From Candidatus Saccharimonadota bacterium (lineage in GTDB: Bacteria; Patescibacteriota; Saccharimonadia; Saccharimonadales; Saccharimonadaceae): 64,000 nt of DNA. Made by a program: the position numbers and the translations under genes. The stretch lies in NCBI GenBank assembly GCA_041691795.1, contig JBEPTX010000004.1, positions 78,084 through 142,083 on the forward strand, read 5' to 3'. Positions 35,196 through 42,282 of this stretch are shown piece by piece; position 1 is the stretch's first letter; each line of letters begins with the position of its first letter. The notes under the pieces were generated by a model. It saw only the letters and a program-made list of their open reading frames with translations. It was not told the DNA's origin and did no database searches.

Positions 35196-37160
35196 TTATT
35201 TTGCTGCTGAATCATTCGGTGATTCTGATCCATGTTCAATCTGTAATTCACCGGCTGCTGCAACTGTTGATGGTGGAGCCATGCGCTCGCCCTCGTCCTC
35301 TTCTATATATTCTGTCTGTTCATCGTCGGAAGGTTGTTCTGCGGCAAGTGCCTCATCCTCTGAGGTTGACGGTGATAGTGGGTTATCAAGAGATGAGTAG
35401 TCGGGACTCATTTCGGTAGGAGCAGCGACTTGGGCTATATATTCAGCAGCAGGCAGCGTTTCGGCTGCTGCCATCTGGTTATCTGGAATTCCCATCATGT
35501 CAGGCTGACCAAGTAGATCTTGTTGCGGCGCCTCAAGTATTGTTTGATCAAGTGTGTCATTCATCTGTGAAAGATCTGCGACGTTAGGTGTTGTGGCCAT
35601 TGGATCGGCGTAGAGTACATTTTCAGGAGCAGTCATCATTGCATCTGGTTGTTCCTGCGGAAACGGAGGGAGAGATTGTTGAGGCTGCTCAAGACTCGAG
35701 TAATTATCAATGGTCAGTGCTGAGTTAGAAGAGCCATTATCTTGTTGTTTTCGTCGGCGATATAGTAGGAAGAGCCCAAGAAGGATCAGAAGTACCAAGA
35801 AACCTCCAACTCCAATGCCGATTAAAGCAGTGAGCGACATGCCTTGGTTTGCTGTTGCTGGAGCTGCCGTGGCGGGTACGTCAAAGCTAAAATTCTGTTT
35901 TTCAGGTGTGCCGTTATTTTCTGGAATTGTTTTGTTTACTACTGTTAGTTTGACTGTCTTTGACCCGTTAGCAGTTGTAATAACAAGTGTGTAGGTACCG
36001 CTTGCAAGTTCAAGGTTAGCTTTACCTGTCCTGTCTGTACTATAATTTTGTTCACCAATCTTCAATTTTGCTGAGCTCACTGCTTTGTTGTTTTCCGAGA
36101 CTGTCACGATAACAGGAAAGCCCTTTGTCGTGAATGTTCCGGAGTAGGAATCAGTTTTTGTTGCATCCGTTGCGGAGATTGCCGTAATGGTAAAGTAGTA
36201 CTTTTTTCCTGGGGTTAAGTCCTTTAAGGCCGCTTCATAACTCCCATCTTGTTGGAGTGTTACAATGCCATTTTTATCTTGTTGCTTTTGTGATGCCCCA
36301 TAAGTGACAGTTCCAGTTGCGGCAATATTTGTTTTCCAATCAACTGCAGCGGTATTGTATCCGCGAGTTGTTGACGTATCACTAATCGCAAAAGGCGTCA
36401 CGGGTGTAGGAGTAGGTGTCGAAGTAGTGGCGGGTGTTGGTGGCTTTGAGGTTGTTGGTGTCGTGGTTTTTGGTGGTGTTGTCGGTGTTTTACAGTTTGG
36501 AGGTGTGCCGGTCTGTCCGGCAGGACAGGTGGGTGGCGGAAGTGTTTTACAGTTTGGAGGTGTGCCTGATTGTCCTGTTGGACAGGTTGGTGTTGTACAA
36601 TTTGGTGGTGTTCCGATTTGCCCGGATGGACAGGTTGGAGGCGCAGTGGTCGAGATTGTGTAAGTTCCTCCTGAAAGGTCAGTAGCCAATATTACACCAA
36701 AAGGGTTAGTTTCAGAGTAAGTGGTATCAGGCGTAAAGCCAACATGGGCGCTTCCATTGGCAAGCGCATGAAAGGTAATCGTCATAATGTGAATTGCACC
36801 GTTTGGTTGAGAATAGAATTGGTTTTTCTCAGTAAAAGTGACGGTGCCGTTAGTATTGTTCGGTGTTGCAGTATTCTGCCATGTATAGGCACTGCCTGCA
36901 GTCGAGACGGAAGTTACGGATAATAGATTAGCGGGAAAGGTAAGTGTTCCGCTCACTGTATCTGCGGGATAATTATTTGTACCAACGTATCCATTAACGC
37001 TGATCGAGAATGTTGATCCTTTTTCAACACTTTGTGAGCTGGGTGTAATAGAGATTGAGTTAGGTGCGGCGGCAAAGACATCCTGCGCTGGAATAATCGA
37101 GACTAACGCAAAAAGGCTTAAAATCGCCGCTTTAACCCTTGTAGTATTGGTAATTTTCAT
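35196..37160 (-). CDS. Surface protein: cohesin-like domain, Cys-containing tandem repeats, FN3-like and CarboxypepD_reg-like domains, TM, acidic cytoplasmic tail
   Basis: Signal peptide MKITNTTRVKAAILSLFALVSIIPAQDVFA (start 37160, downstream of the minus-strand TGCTACAAT promoter). 3x TCPxGQxGTPPNC(K/T)T repeats. TM LTALIGIGVGGFLVLLILLGLFLLY. Acidic ~200-aa tail. Confidence 0.7.
   Translation of the reverse strand: MKITNTTRVKAAILSLFALVSIIPAQDVFAAAPNSISITPSSQSVEKGSTFSISVNGYVGTNNYPADTVSGTLTFPANLLSVTSVSTAGSAYTWQNTATPNNTNGTVTFTEKNQFYSQPNGAIHIMTITFHALANGSAHVGFTPDTTYSETNPFGVILATDLSGGTYTISTTAPPTCPSGQIGTPPNCTTPTCPTGQSGTPPNCKTLPPPTCPAGQTGTPPNCKTPTTPPKTTTPTTSKPPTPATTSTPTPTPVTPFAISDTSTTRGYNTAAVDWKTNIAATGTVTYGASQKQQDKNGIVTLQQDGSYEAALKDLTPGKKYYFTITAISATDATKTDSYSGTFTTKGFPVIVTVSENNKAVSSAKLKIGEQNYSTDRTGKANLELASGTYTLVITTANGSKTVKLTVVNKTIPENNGTPEKQNFSFDVPATAAPATANQGMSLTALIGIGVGGFLVLLILLGLFLLYRRRKQQDNGSSNSALTIDNYSSLEQPQQSLPPFPQEQPDAMMTAPENVLYADPMATTPNVADLSQMNDTLDQTILEAPQQDLLGQPDMMGIPDNQMAAAETLPAAEYIAQVAAPTEMSPDYSSLDNPLSPSTSEDEALAAEQPSDDEQTEYIEEDEGERMAPPSTVAAAGELQIEHGSESPNDSAAK
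36487..36641 (-). repeat. In-frame tandem repeat (57 + 48 + ~48 nt) encoding TCPxGQxGTPPNCxT units
   Basis: gttttacagtttggaggtgtgcc... recurs at 36487 and 36544, with a diverged copy at 36592. Confidence 0.8.
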
Positions 37161-37189
37161 ATCTCTTTTTTCTGCAGTTTCTATGCATG

Positions 37190-37198
37190 ATTGTAGCA
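37190..37198 (-). promoter_or_regulatory. Extended -10 promoter TGCTACAAT (minus strand) of the surface-protein gene
   Basis: Plus-strand attgtagca. About 30 nt upstream of ATG 37160. Confidence 0.5.
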
Positions 37199-37260
37199 TA
37201 AGCAGGATCGAAAATGAAAGGGTAAAGCAGCATGAATGAGCGTTTTGACAGCCTGGTACG

Positions 37261-37290
37261 AAAAAACGTCATCATCTGATGACGTTTTTT
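37261..37290. terminator. Bidirectional terminator after tRNA-Asp
   Basis: aaaaaacgtcatca-tc-tgatgacgtttttt. Confidence 0.7.
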
Positions 37291-37292
37291 CT

Positions 37293-37368
37293 TGGCGGGC
37301 TCGACCGGATTTGAACCGGCGATCTCCTCCGTGACAGGGAGGCGTGATAACCCCTTCACTACGAGCCC
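37293..37368 (-). tRNA. tRNA-Asp (anticodon GTC)
   Basis: Reverse complement gggctcgtagtgaaggggttatcacgcctcc-ctGTCac-ggagg...ggttcaaatcc...cgagcccgcca. Confidence 0.9.
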
Positions 37369-37397
37369 ATGAAGTTGTTTAGCCGTAAGCTCTAGGT

Positions 37398-37406
37398 ATG
37401 ATAGCA
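37398..37406 (-). promoter_or_regulatory. Extended -10 element TGCTATCAT (minus strand) upstream of tRNA-Asp
   Basis: Plus-strand atgatagca, 30 nt upstream of the tRNA-Asp 5' end. Confidence 0.4.
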
Positions 37407-37460
37407 GTTTTTGGCCTCTGGTGCAACAGGTGCGAAAACGTTTGTTCACACCATAGAAGG

Positions 37461-37469
37461 TGCTATAAT
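37461..37469 (+). promoter_or_regulatory. Extended -10 promoter TGCTATAAT of the tRNA-Thr/tRNA-Gly operon
   Basis: Located 14 nt upstream of the tRNA-Thr 5' end. Confidence 0.55.
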
Positions 37470-37483
37470 TGTCTAGATACCAT

Positions 37484-37559
37484 GCCGCTGTAGCTCAGCT
37501 GGTAGAGCGGCGCTTTCGTAAAGCGTAGGTCAGCGGTTCAAATCCGCTCAGCGGCTCCA
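37484..37559 (+). tRNA. tRNA-Thr (anticodon CGT)
   Basis: gccgctg ta gctc agctggta gagc g gcgct ttCGTaa agcgt aggtc agcgg ttcaaat ccgct cagcggc t cca. Discriminator is U. Confidence 0.9.
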
Positions 37560-37570
37560 TGAAGCGACGA

Positions 37571-37645
37571 GCGGGTATCGTATAGTGGTTAATATGCGAC
37601 CTTCCCAAGGTCGAGAGCAGAGTTCGATTCTCTGTACCCGCACCA
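37571..37645 (+). tRNA. tRNA-Gly (anticodon CCC)
   Basis: gcgggta...cgacc ttCCCaa ggtcg...cagag ttcgatt ctctg tacccgc a cca. Confidence 0.9.
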
Positions 37646-37662
37646 GATAAAGAAAAGAAAGT

Positions 37663-38040
37663 ATGAAACCAAATTTTATTGAATCCCTCAAACTACTAGC
37701 CAAAGAACGACGCATTATTTTCGCGTTAGCTTGTTTGTTTCTTATGATATTTATCTTTAGCCTGTATGTTGGTTTTAATATTCATCAAAATGAGCTCAAA
37801 TTAGTGACGCATTATACGGCCTTTGGTACAACTAATTTCTATCGAGATAAGTGGTACTACCTCCTCAGTTTTGTTGTTTTTGGTATGACAGTCGGGGTGG
37901 TCCATACGCTTATTGCCATGAAACTCATCGCCCTCAAGGGTGTTGAACTCACCTTATCATTCCTCTGGCTTAGTGTGGTGATTATATTTATTGCTCTGGC
38001 AATTACCTATCAAGTCTTAAAAATCGCTGCGCTCGCGTAG
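37663..38040 (+). CDS. Small polytopic membrane protein (125 aa), upstream partner of the glycosyltransferase
   Basis: Four hydrophobic segments. 5-nt gap to the GT2 gene. Starts 17 nt after tRNA-Gly. Confidence 0.55.
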   Translation: MKPNFIESLKLLAKERRIIFALACLFLMIFIFSLYVGFNIHQNELKLVTHYTAFGTTNFYRDKWYYLLSFVVFGMTVGVVHTLIAMKLIALKGVELTLSFLWLSVVIIFIALAITYQVLKIAALA

Positions 38041-38045
38041 GTATT

Positions 38046-39698
38046 ATGACGGGTAATGATCTAGAAATTCCCCTCGGCAAACGAACAAAAGCTTACCGCT
38101 TCTTTGAGATGTTGCCTGGCTTGCTAAGCTATGGAGCAATCATTTTATTAATTGTTTTATCGATCTTGAATCCCGTCCTTGCAGCCGCCTACTTGATTCT
38201 CATTATCATTACGACGTTGGTCAAATCTATTGGAATCGCTGTACATACCATGAGTGGTCGTCAGCGACTTGAGGCAGCTCAACGGGTAGATTGGCATCAT
38301 CGTTTAAGTGATCTCGAAGATCCAGCCAGTGCGCTTATTCGTTACAAATCTCATCATCAAACAAGTTTTGGCTATGATGTACATCTCGAAAATCTTCATC
38401 ACATGGCCGAACATCCTGATCAGTATCCGCGTCCGTCTCAGCTAATGCAGGCAGTAGTTATTGCAACCTACAACGAATCACTGGACATACTCGAGCCAAC
38501 CCTTGAATCAATCGTGGACTCGTCCTATGACAATAAACAGCTAATGATCATCCTAGCTTACGAAGAGCGAGGCGGTGAATCAATTGAAAAGACGGCCCAG
38601 TTCCTACAAGAGAAATTTAAGGACGTCTTTGGGATGTTCGAAATTGTAAAGCATCCTAAGGATTTGGCGGATGAGGTTGTAGGCAAGGGCAGCAATATTA
38701 CATACGCGGGACACTATTTGAAGGCGTTGTGTGATAAACATCATATTGAATATTCTGATGTTATCGTAACAACACTAGATGCAGATAACCGTCCACACCG
38801 TACCTACTTTGACTACGTTGCTTATGAATATATTATTCATGATAATCGCAAGAAATTGTCGTATCAGCCTATATCACTTTTCTTGAATAATATTTGGGAT
38901 GCGCCAGCACCGATGCGCGTCGTAGCGACGGGTAACTCATTCTGGAATATTATTAGCTCAATGCGTCCTCATACACTGCGCAACTTTGCATCACATTCGC
39001 AGCCTCTCAATGCGCTCGTAGAAATGAATTTTTGGAGCACAAGAACGATCGTCGAAGACGGCCATCAGTACTGGCGTAGCTATTTCCATTTCAATGGTGA
39101 CTATTCGGTCATATCTATTTTTGTTCCAATCTATCAGGACGCAGTGCTGTCTGACACCTACATTCGAACTTTGAAGGCTCAGTTCTTTCAATTACGACGC
39201 TGGGCGTATGGTGCCTCCGACATTGCTTATGTTGCAACTCGAATCTTTACGAAACACCGCGTCGTACCCTTCTGGGAGGCCCTCCCGCGCTTGATACGTC
39301 TCATAGATTCTCATGTTACACTTGCGGCAGTTGCGATTTTGATCGCGTTTGGTGGCTGGGTTCCACTCCTTATTAATACCCAAGCGGCACACGATATCGC
39401 TGCTCATCAATTGCCCGAAGTCATTAGTGGAGTGCAGCAGGTTGCAATGATCGGAATCTTCATTATGGTCTTCCTAACGTTCAAGATGCTACCACCGCGT
39501 CCAGAGCGCTACAAACGCCGTAGGACGGTCTGGATGCTTCTGCAGTGGGTTTTGATGCCCGTGACTGGTATTCTGTATAGTTCAGCGTCTGCGCTTACGT
39601 CACAAACAGCGCTTTTGACTGGTCACTATTTGGACAAGTTTGATTTCACCGAAAAGGCTACTGTTAAGTCCAAAGAGCAAAACAAAGCCACTAAGTAG
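38046..39698 (+). CDS. Processive family-2 glycosyltransferase (cellulose/chitin-synthase-like membrane synthase)
   Basis: N- and C-terminal TM bundles. Motifs VIATYNES, TLDADN (DxD), IVEDGH (TED-like), QLRRW (Q(Q/R)xRW). Confidence 0.75.
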   Translation: MTGNDLEIPLGKRTKAYRFFEMLPGLLSYGAIILLIVLSILNPVLAAAYLILIIITTLVKSIGIAVHTMSGRQRLEAAQRVDWHHRLSDLEDPASALIRYKSHHQTSFGYDVHLENLHHMAEHPDQYPRPSQLMQAVVIATYNESLDILEPTLESIVDSSYDNKQLMIILAYEERGGESIEKTAQFLQEKFKDVFGMFEIVKHPKDLADEVVGKGSNITYAGHYLKALCDKHHIEYSDVIVTTLDADNRPHRTYFDYVAYEYIIHDNRKKLSYQPISLFLNNIWDAPAPMRVVATGNSFWNIISSMRPHTLRNFASHSQPLNALVEMNFWSTRTIVEDGHQYWRSYFHFNGDYSVISIFVPIYQDAVLSDTYIRTLKAQFFQLRRWAYGASDIAYVATRIFTKHRVVPFWEALPRLIRLIDSHVTLAAVAILIAFGGWVPLLINTQAAHDIAAHQLPEVISGVQQVAMIGIFIMVFLTFKMLPPRPERYKRRRTVWMLLQWVLMPVTGILYSSASALTSQTALLTGHYLDKFDFTEKATVKSKEQNKATK

Positions 39699-39721
39699 TG
39701 TTCATCTAGGTATACTTTCAT

Positions 39722-39756
39722 AAAATAATCACCTCTATTTTGGAGGTGATTATTTT
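39722..39756. terminator. Bidirectional terminator (14-bp stem)
   Basis: aaaataatcacctc-tattttg-gaggtgattatttt. Serves the GT2 gene (+) and the small minus-strand ORF. Confidence 0.75.
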
Positions 39757-39781
39757 ATTTGTTTATGTTTCGGCTAGTTAA

Positions 39782-39934
39782 CTATTTAATAGGACGCAGC
39801 TGTACAGTTTGCTTCGCTTCGGCCCATGTGCGGTCGTATTCAAAGCCGATGTGGAATTTACCGAGCGCAGATTGGTCTGATAGGGGGTCGTTTGTTGATG
39901 GTTTTTTTGTGACTTGTTTGTTTTCTTTAGTCAT
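39782..39934 (-). CDS. Candidate leaderless small protein (50 aa)
   Basis: MTKENKQVTKKPSTNDPLSDQSALGKFHIGFEYDRTWAEAKQTVQLRPIK, below the ORF-track size cut-off. TTGACA-N17-TAATAT promoter ends 6 nt before the ATG. Terminator lies downstream. Confidence 0.45.
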   Translation of the reverse strand: MTKENKQVTKKPSTNDPLSDQSALGKFHIGFEYDRTWAEAKQTVQLRPIK

Positions 39935-39940
39935 ATTCAT

Positions 39941-39969
39941 ATATTAGCATAAGTACTATATTATGTCAA
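39941..39969 (-). promoter_or_regulatory. Near-consensus promoter TTGACA-N17-TAATAT (minus strand)
   Basis: Plus-strand tgtcaa at 39964-39969 and atatta at 39941-39946, with a 17-nt spacer. Confidence 0.55.
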
Positions 39970-40106
39970 TCATCCAAAATAAAATAGATATATCATAGAT
40001 GGTATGTAATCTGTAAAAATGCTCAAAATAATACGTGGAAAACTAGGTGAAACATGTGGGAAAACAAATAGCACCGATGTTAATCGATGCTATTTTCATA
40101 ATTTCC

Positions 40107-40183
40107 TGGTGGGCGATAGAGGATTTGAACCTCTGACCCCCACAACGTCAATGTGGTGCTCTAGCCAGCTGAGCTAATCGCCC
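40107..40183 (-). tRNA. tRNA-Val (anticodon GAC)
   Basis: Reverse complement gggcgat ta gctc agctggcta gagc a ccaca ttGACgt tgtgg gggtc agagg ttcaaat cctct atcgccc a cca. Confidence 0.9.
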
Positions 40184-40240
40184 GTATTAGGGTATTGTCC
40201 CGAAAGGTACATCCAATATAGTATCAGATGGGGGTCAACC

Positions 40241-40269
40241 TTGCAATAACTGGGGTGATTGGGTATTAT
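40241..40269 (+). promoter_or_regulatory. Promoter TTGCAA-N17-TATTAT of the thrS leader
   Basis: TTGCAA at 40241-40246, 17-nt spacer, TATTAT at 40264-40269. Confidence 0.5.
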
Positions 40270-40275
40270 AAAACT

Positions 40276-40450
40276 AAGCATTGACGCGGAGTAACCGCCC
40301 GCCGAGCTTCGTGGGAATCGTAACGTACGATAACGTGACGAGATAAGGTGCCTGAATATCAGGAAGTCCGGTGGAACCGCCCGTAAAGGGTCCGAGACAT
40401 GCGATACGTGAATTTTACTCTGTTGAATTCATCCATCGCATGTTTTTTAT
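40276..40450 (+). promoter_or_regulatory. T-box riboswitch leader (tRNA-Thr sensing) upstream of thrS
   Basis: T-box core ccGGTGGAACCGCCcg at 40369-40383. ACG codons sit in the upstream stem region. A terminator hairpin competes with the T-box sequence. Confidence 0.7.
40398..40449 (+). terminator. T-box attenuator terminator
   Basis: catgcgat (40398-40405) pairs with atcgcatg (40435-40442), followed by tttttta. Confidence 0.65.
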
Positions 40451-40471
40451 TTACTAAAAAGGAGAGCAACT

Positions 40472-42280
40472 ATGGAAAATGAACAGTTACATGCAATGCG
40501 ACACAGCCTAGCACATATTACTGCAGCCGCAGTCAAACGTTTGTGGCCAGAAGCAAAATTTGGTGTTGGACCTGTCATTAGTGATGGTTTCTATTACGAT
40601 ATTGATTTGGGTGAGACGAAAATCAGCGAACAAGAGTTTGGCAAGATCGAAAAAACGATGCGTCGAATTATTAGCGAGGGCCAGGATTTTGAACGATTTA
40701 CTATGCCAATTGACCAAGCAATTGAATGGGCAAAAGAGAATCATCAGCCGTACAAAGAAGAGCTGTTGAATGACCTAAAACGAAGCGGGACGACTGTCGC
40801 CAAGGACCTCAATAAAGATGAATTAGGCACAATTACAACAGGTGATGCTGCTGTTGATGAAGTTTCATTCTACAAAAATGGTGACTTCGTCGATCTCTGC
40901 CGTGGACCCCATGTTACCAATACCAAAGAGGTTGGAACGTTTAAATTACAACGAATTGCGGGTGCATATTGGCGTGGTAAAGATGACAACGCTCAAATGC
41001 AACGACTCTACGGTGTGGCATTTACAACGCAAGAAGAACTTGATAAATATCTCGAAAATTTAGAACTTGCAAGACAGAATGATCATAAAAAACTAGGCCG
41101 CGAAATGGAACTATTTTTCTTCGACGAGACTGCACCAGGCATGGCTTATTGGATGCCTAAAGGTCTTGCGATGAAGAATCTTTTGACACAGTATTGGCGG
41201 CAGTATCACAAAGTTCGTGGGTATCATGAAATTGCTTCGCCGATGCTTAACAAGCAGGCCTTGTTCGAAACTTCAGGCCACTGGGCTCATTATAAAGACG
41301 ACATGTTCTTATCTGAGCGCGAAGAAGGCGAATGGTGGGCACTAAAGCCAATGAACTGTCCAAATGCTATGAAATTCTGGGGAGTAAAGCAGCGTAGTTA
41401 TAAAGATTTACCTCTTAGGTTCTCGGATACGGATGTACTTCATCGTAATGAGGTGACGGGTGCATTAAACGGCCTGTTGCGTACTCGTACATTCGTACAA
41501 GATGATTCACATAATTTTGTGAACGAAGACCAGATCAAAGAGGAAGCCGGAAACATTATCAAGATCGTACGTGATTTTTACGGAGTATTTGGTATTGATC
41601 AGAACGTTAAGCTGTACCTCTCTACACGACCGGAAGACGACTTCTTGGGTGATGTAGCAACATGGGACAAGGCGGAGCGAGAACTGAAAGAAGTTCTTGA
41701 GTCTAGTGGTTTTGAGTTTGGTATCAAAGAAGGTGACGGTGCGTTCTATGGTCCAAAAATAGATATTCATTTGAATGATGCTCTTGGACGCGAATGGCAG
41801 TGTGGCACAATCCAGCTTGATTTTCAGCTACCACGTAAGTTTGAGCTTACATATACAGATAAGGATGGTGTGGAACAGACACCAGTTGTTATACACCGTG
41901 CAATCTATGGATCATTAGAGCGATTTATTGCTGTTATTACCGAACACTTTGGCGGGCGTTATCCATTCTGGTTTGCCCCTGAGCAGGTTCGTATTTTAAC
42001 TATTAATGATACAGTCCTTGATTATGTTGCCGAGATCGAGGATATACTTACATCTATCGTTTTGTCTCATCCGGTTAAATATAATGAGCTTCGTTACACG
42101 GCGGCTATTCGTAGTGAATCCCTGGGCAAGAAAATAAGAGAAGCAACACTTCAGAAAGTACCAGTACAACTTGTAGTGGGTAACCAAGATAAAGAAGCTC
42201 GCGAGGTTAGTGTTCGTACCCAATCTGGTGAAGAAAAGGTTGCCTTGGATCAGTTAGTGAGTTATTTACAAGATTTATAG
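40472..42280 (+). CDS. thrS: Threonine--tRNA ligase lacking the N-terminal TGS domain
   Basis: Starts directly in the editing/SAD region (AMRHSLAHITAAAVKRLWP). Class II core and anticodon-binding domain are present. 602 aa. Confidence 0.95.
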   Translation: MENEQLHAMRHSLAHITAAAVKRLWPEAKFGVGPVISDGFYYDIDLGETKISEQEFGKIEKTMRRIISEGQDFERFTMPIDQAIEWAKENHQPYKEELLNDLKRSGTTVAKDLNKDELGTITTGDAAVDEVSFYKNGDFVDLCRGPHVTNTKEVGTFKLQRIAGAYWRGKDDNAQMQRLYGVAFTTQEELDKYLENLELARQNDHKKLGREMELFFFDETAPGMAYWMPKGLAMKNLLTQYWRQYHKVRGYHEIASPMLNKQALFETSGHWAHYKDDMFLSEREEGEWWALKPMNCPNAMKFWGVKQRSYKDLPLRFSDTDVLHRNEVTGALNGLLRTRTFVQDDSHNFVNEDQIKEEAGNIIKIVRDFYGVFGIDQNVKLYLSTRPEDDFLGDVATWDKAERELKEVLESSGFEFGIKEGDGAFYGPKIDIHLNDALGREWQCGTIQLDFQLPRKFELTYTDKDGVEQTPVVIHRAIYGSLERFIAVITEHFGGRYPFWFAPEQVRILTINDTVLDYVAEIEDILTSIVLSHPVKYNELRYTAAIRSESLGKKIREATLQKVPVQLVVGNQDKEAREVSVRTQSGEEKVALDQLVSYLQDL

Positions 42281-42282
42281 CT

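Noticed and set aside
36487-36641. Possible CRISPR-like repeat array
   Set aside because: The repeats are contiguous with no unique spacers, are in frame, and encode a peptide repeat inside a long ORF. No cas genes occur anywhere in the window.
37132-37449. 105-aa minus-strand ORF
   Set aside because: It spans the surface-protein promoter, a bidirectional terminator and tRNA-Asp. It cannot be a single translated unit.
39759-39947. 62-aa plus-strand ORF (MFMFRLVNYLIGRSCTVCF...)
   Set aside because: It starts just past the bidirectional terminator hairpin (39722-39756), has no promoter or SD, and has Cys/Phe-rich junk composition. The opposite-strand 50-aa ORF, with its consensus promoter and terminator, explains the region better.
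39947-39966. dif-like imperfect palindrome gcataa-N8-ttatgt
   Set aside because: The half-sites resemble XerCD dif arms, but the central spacer is 8 nt instead of 6. The same bases are fully explained as the spacer of a TTGACA-N17-TAATAT promoter. There is no other evidence for a replication terminus.
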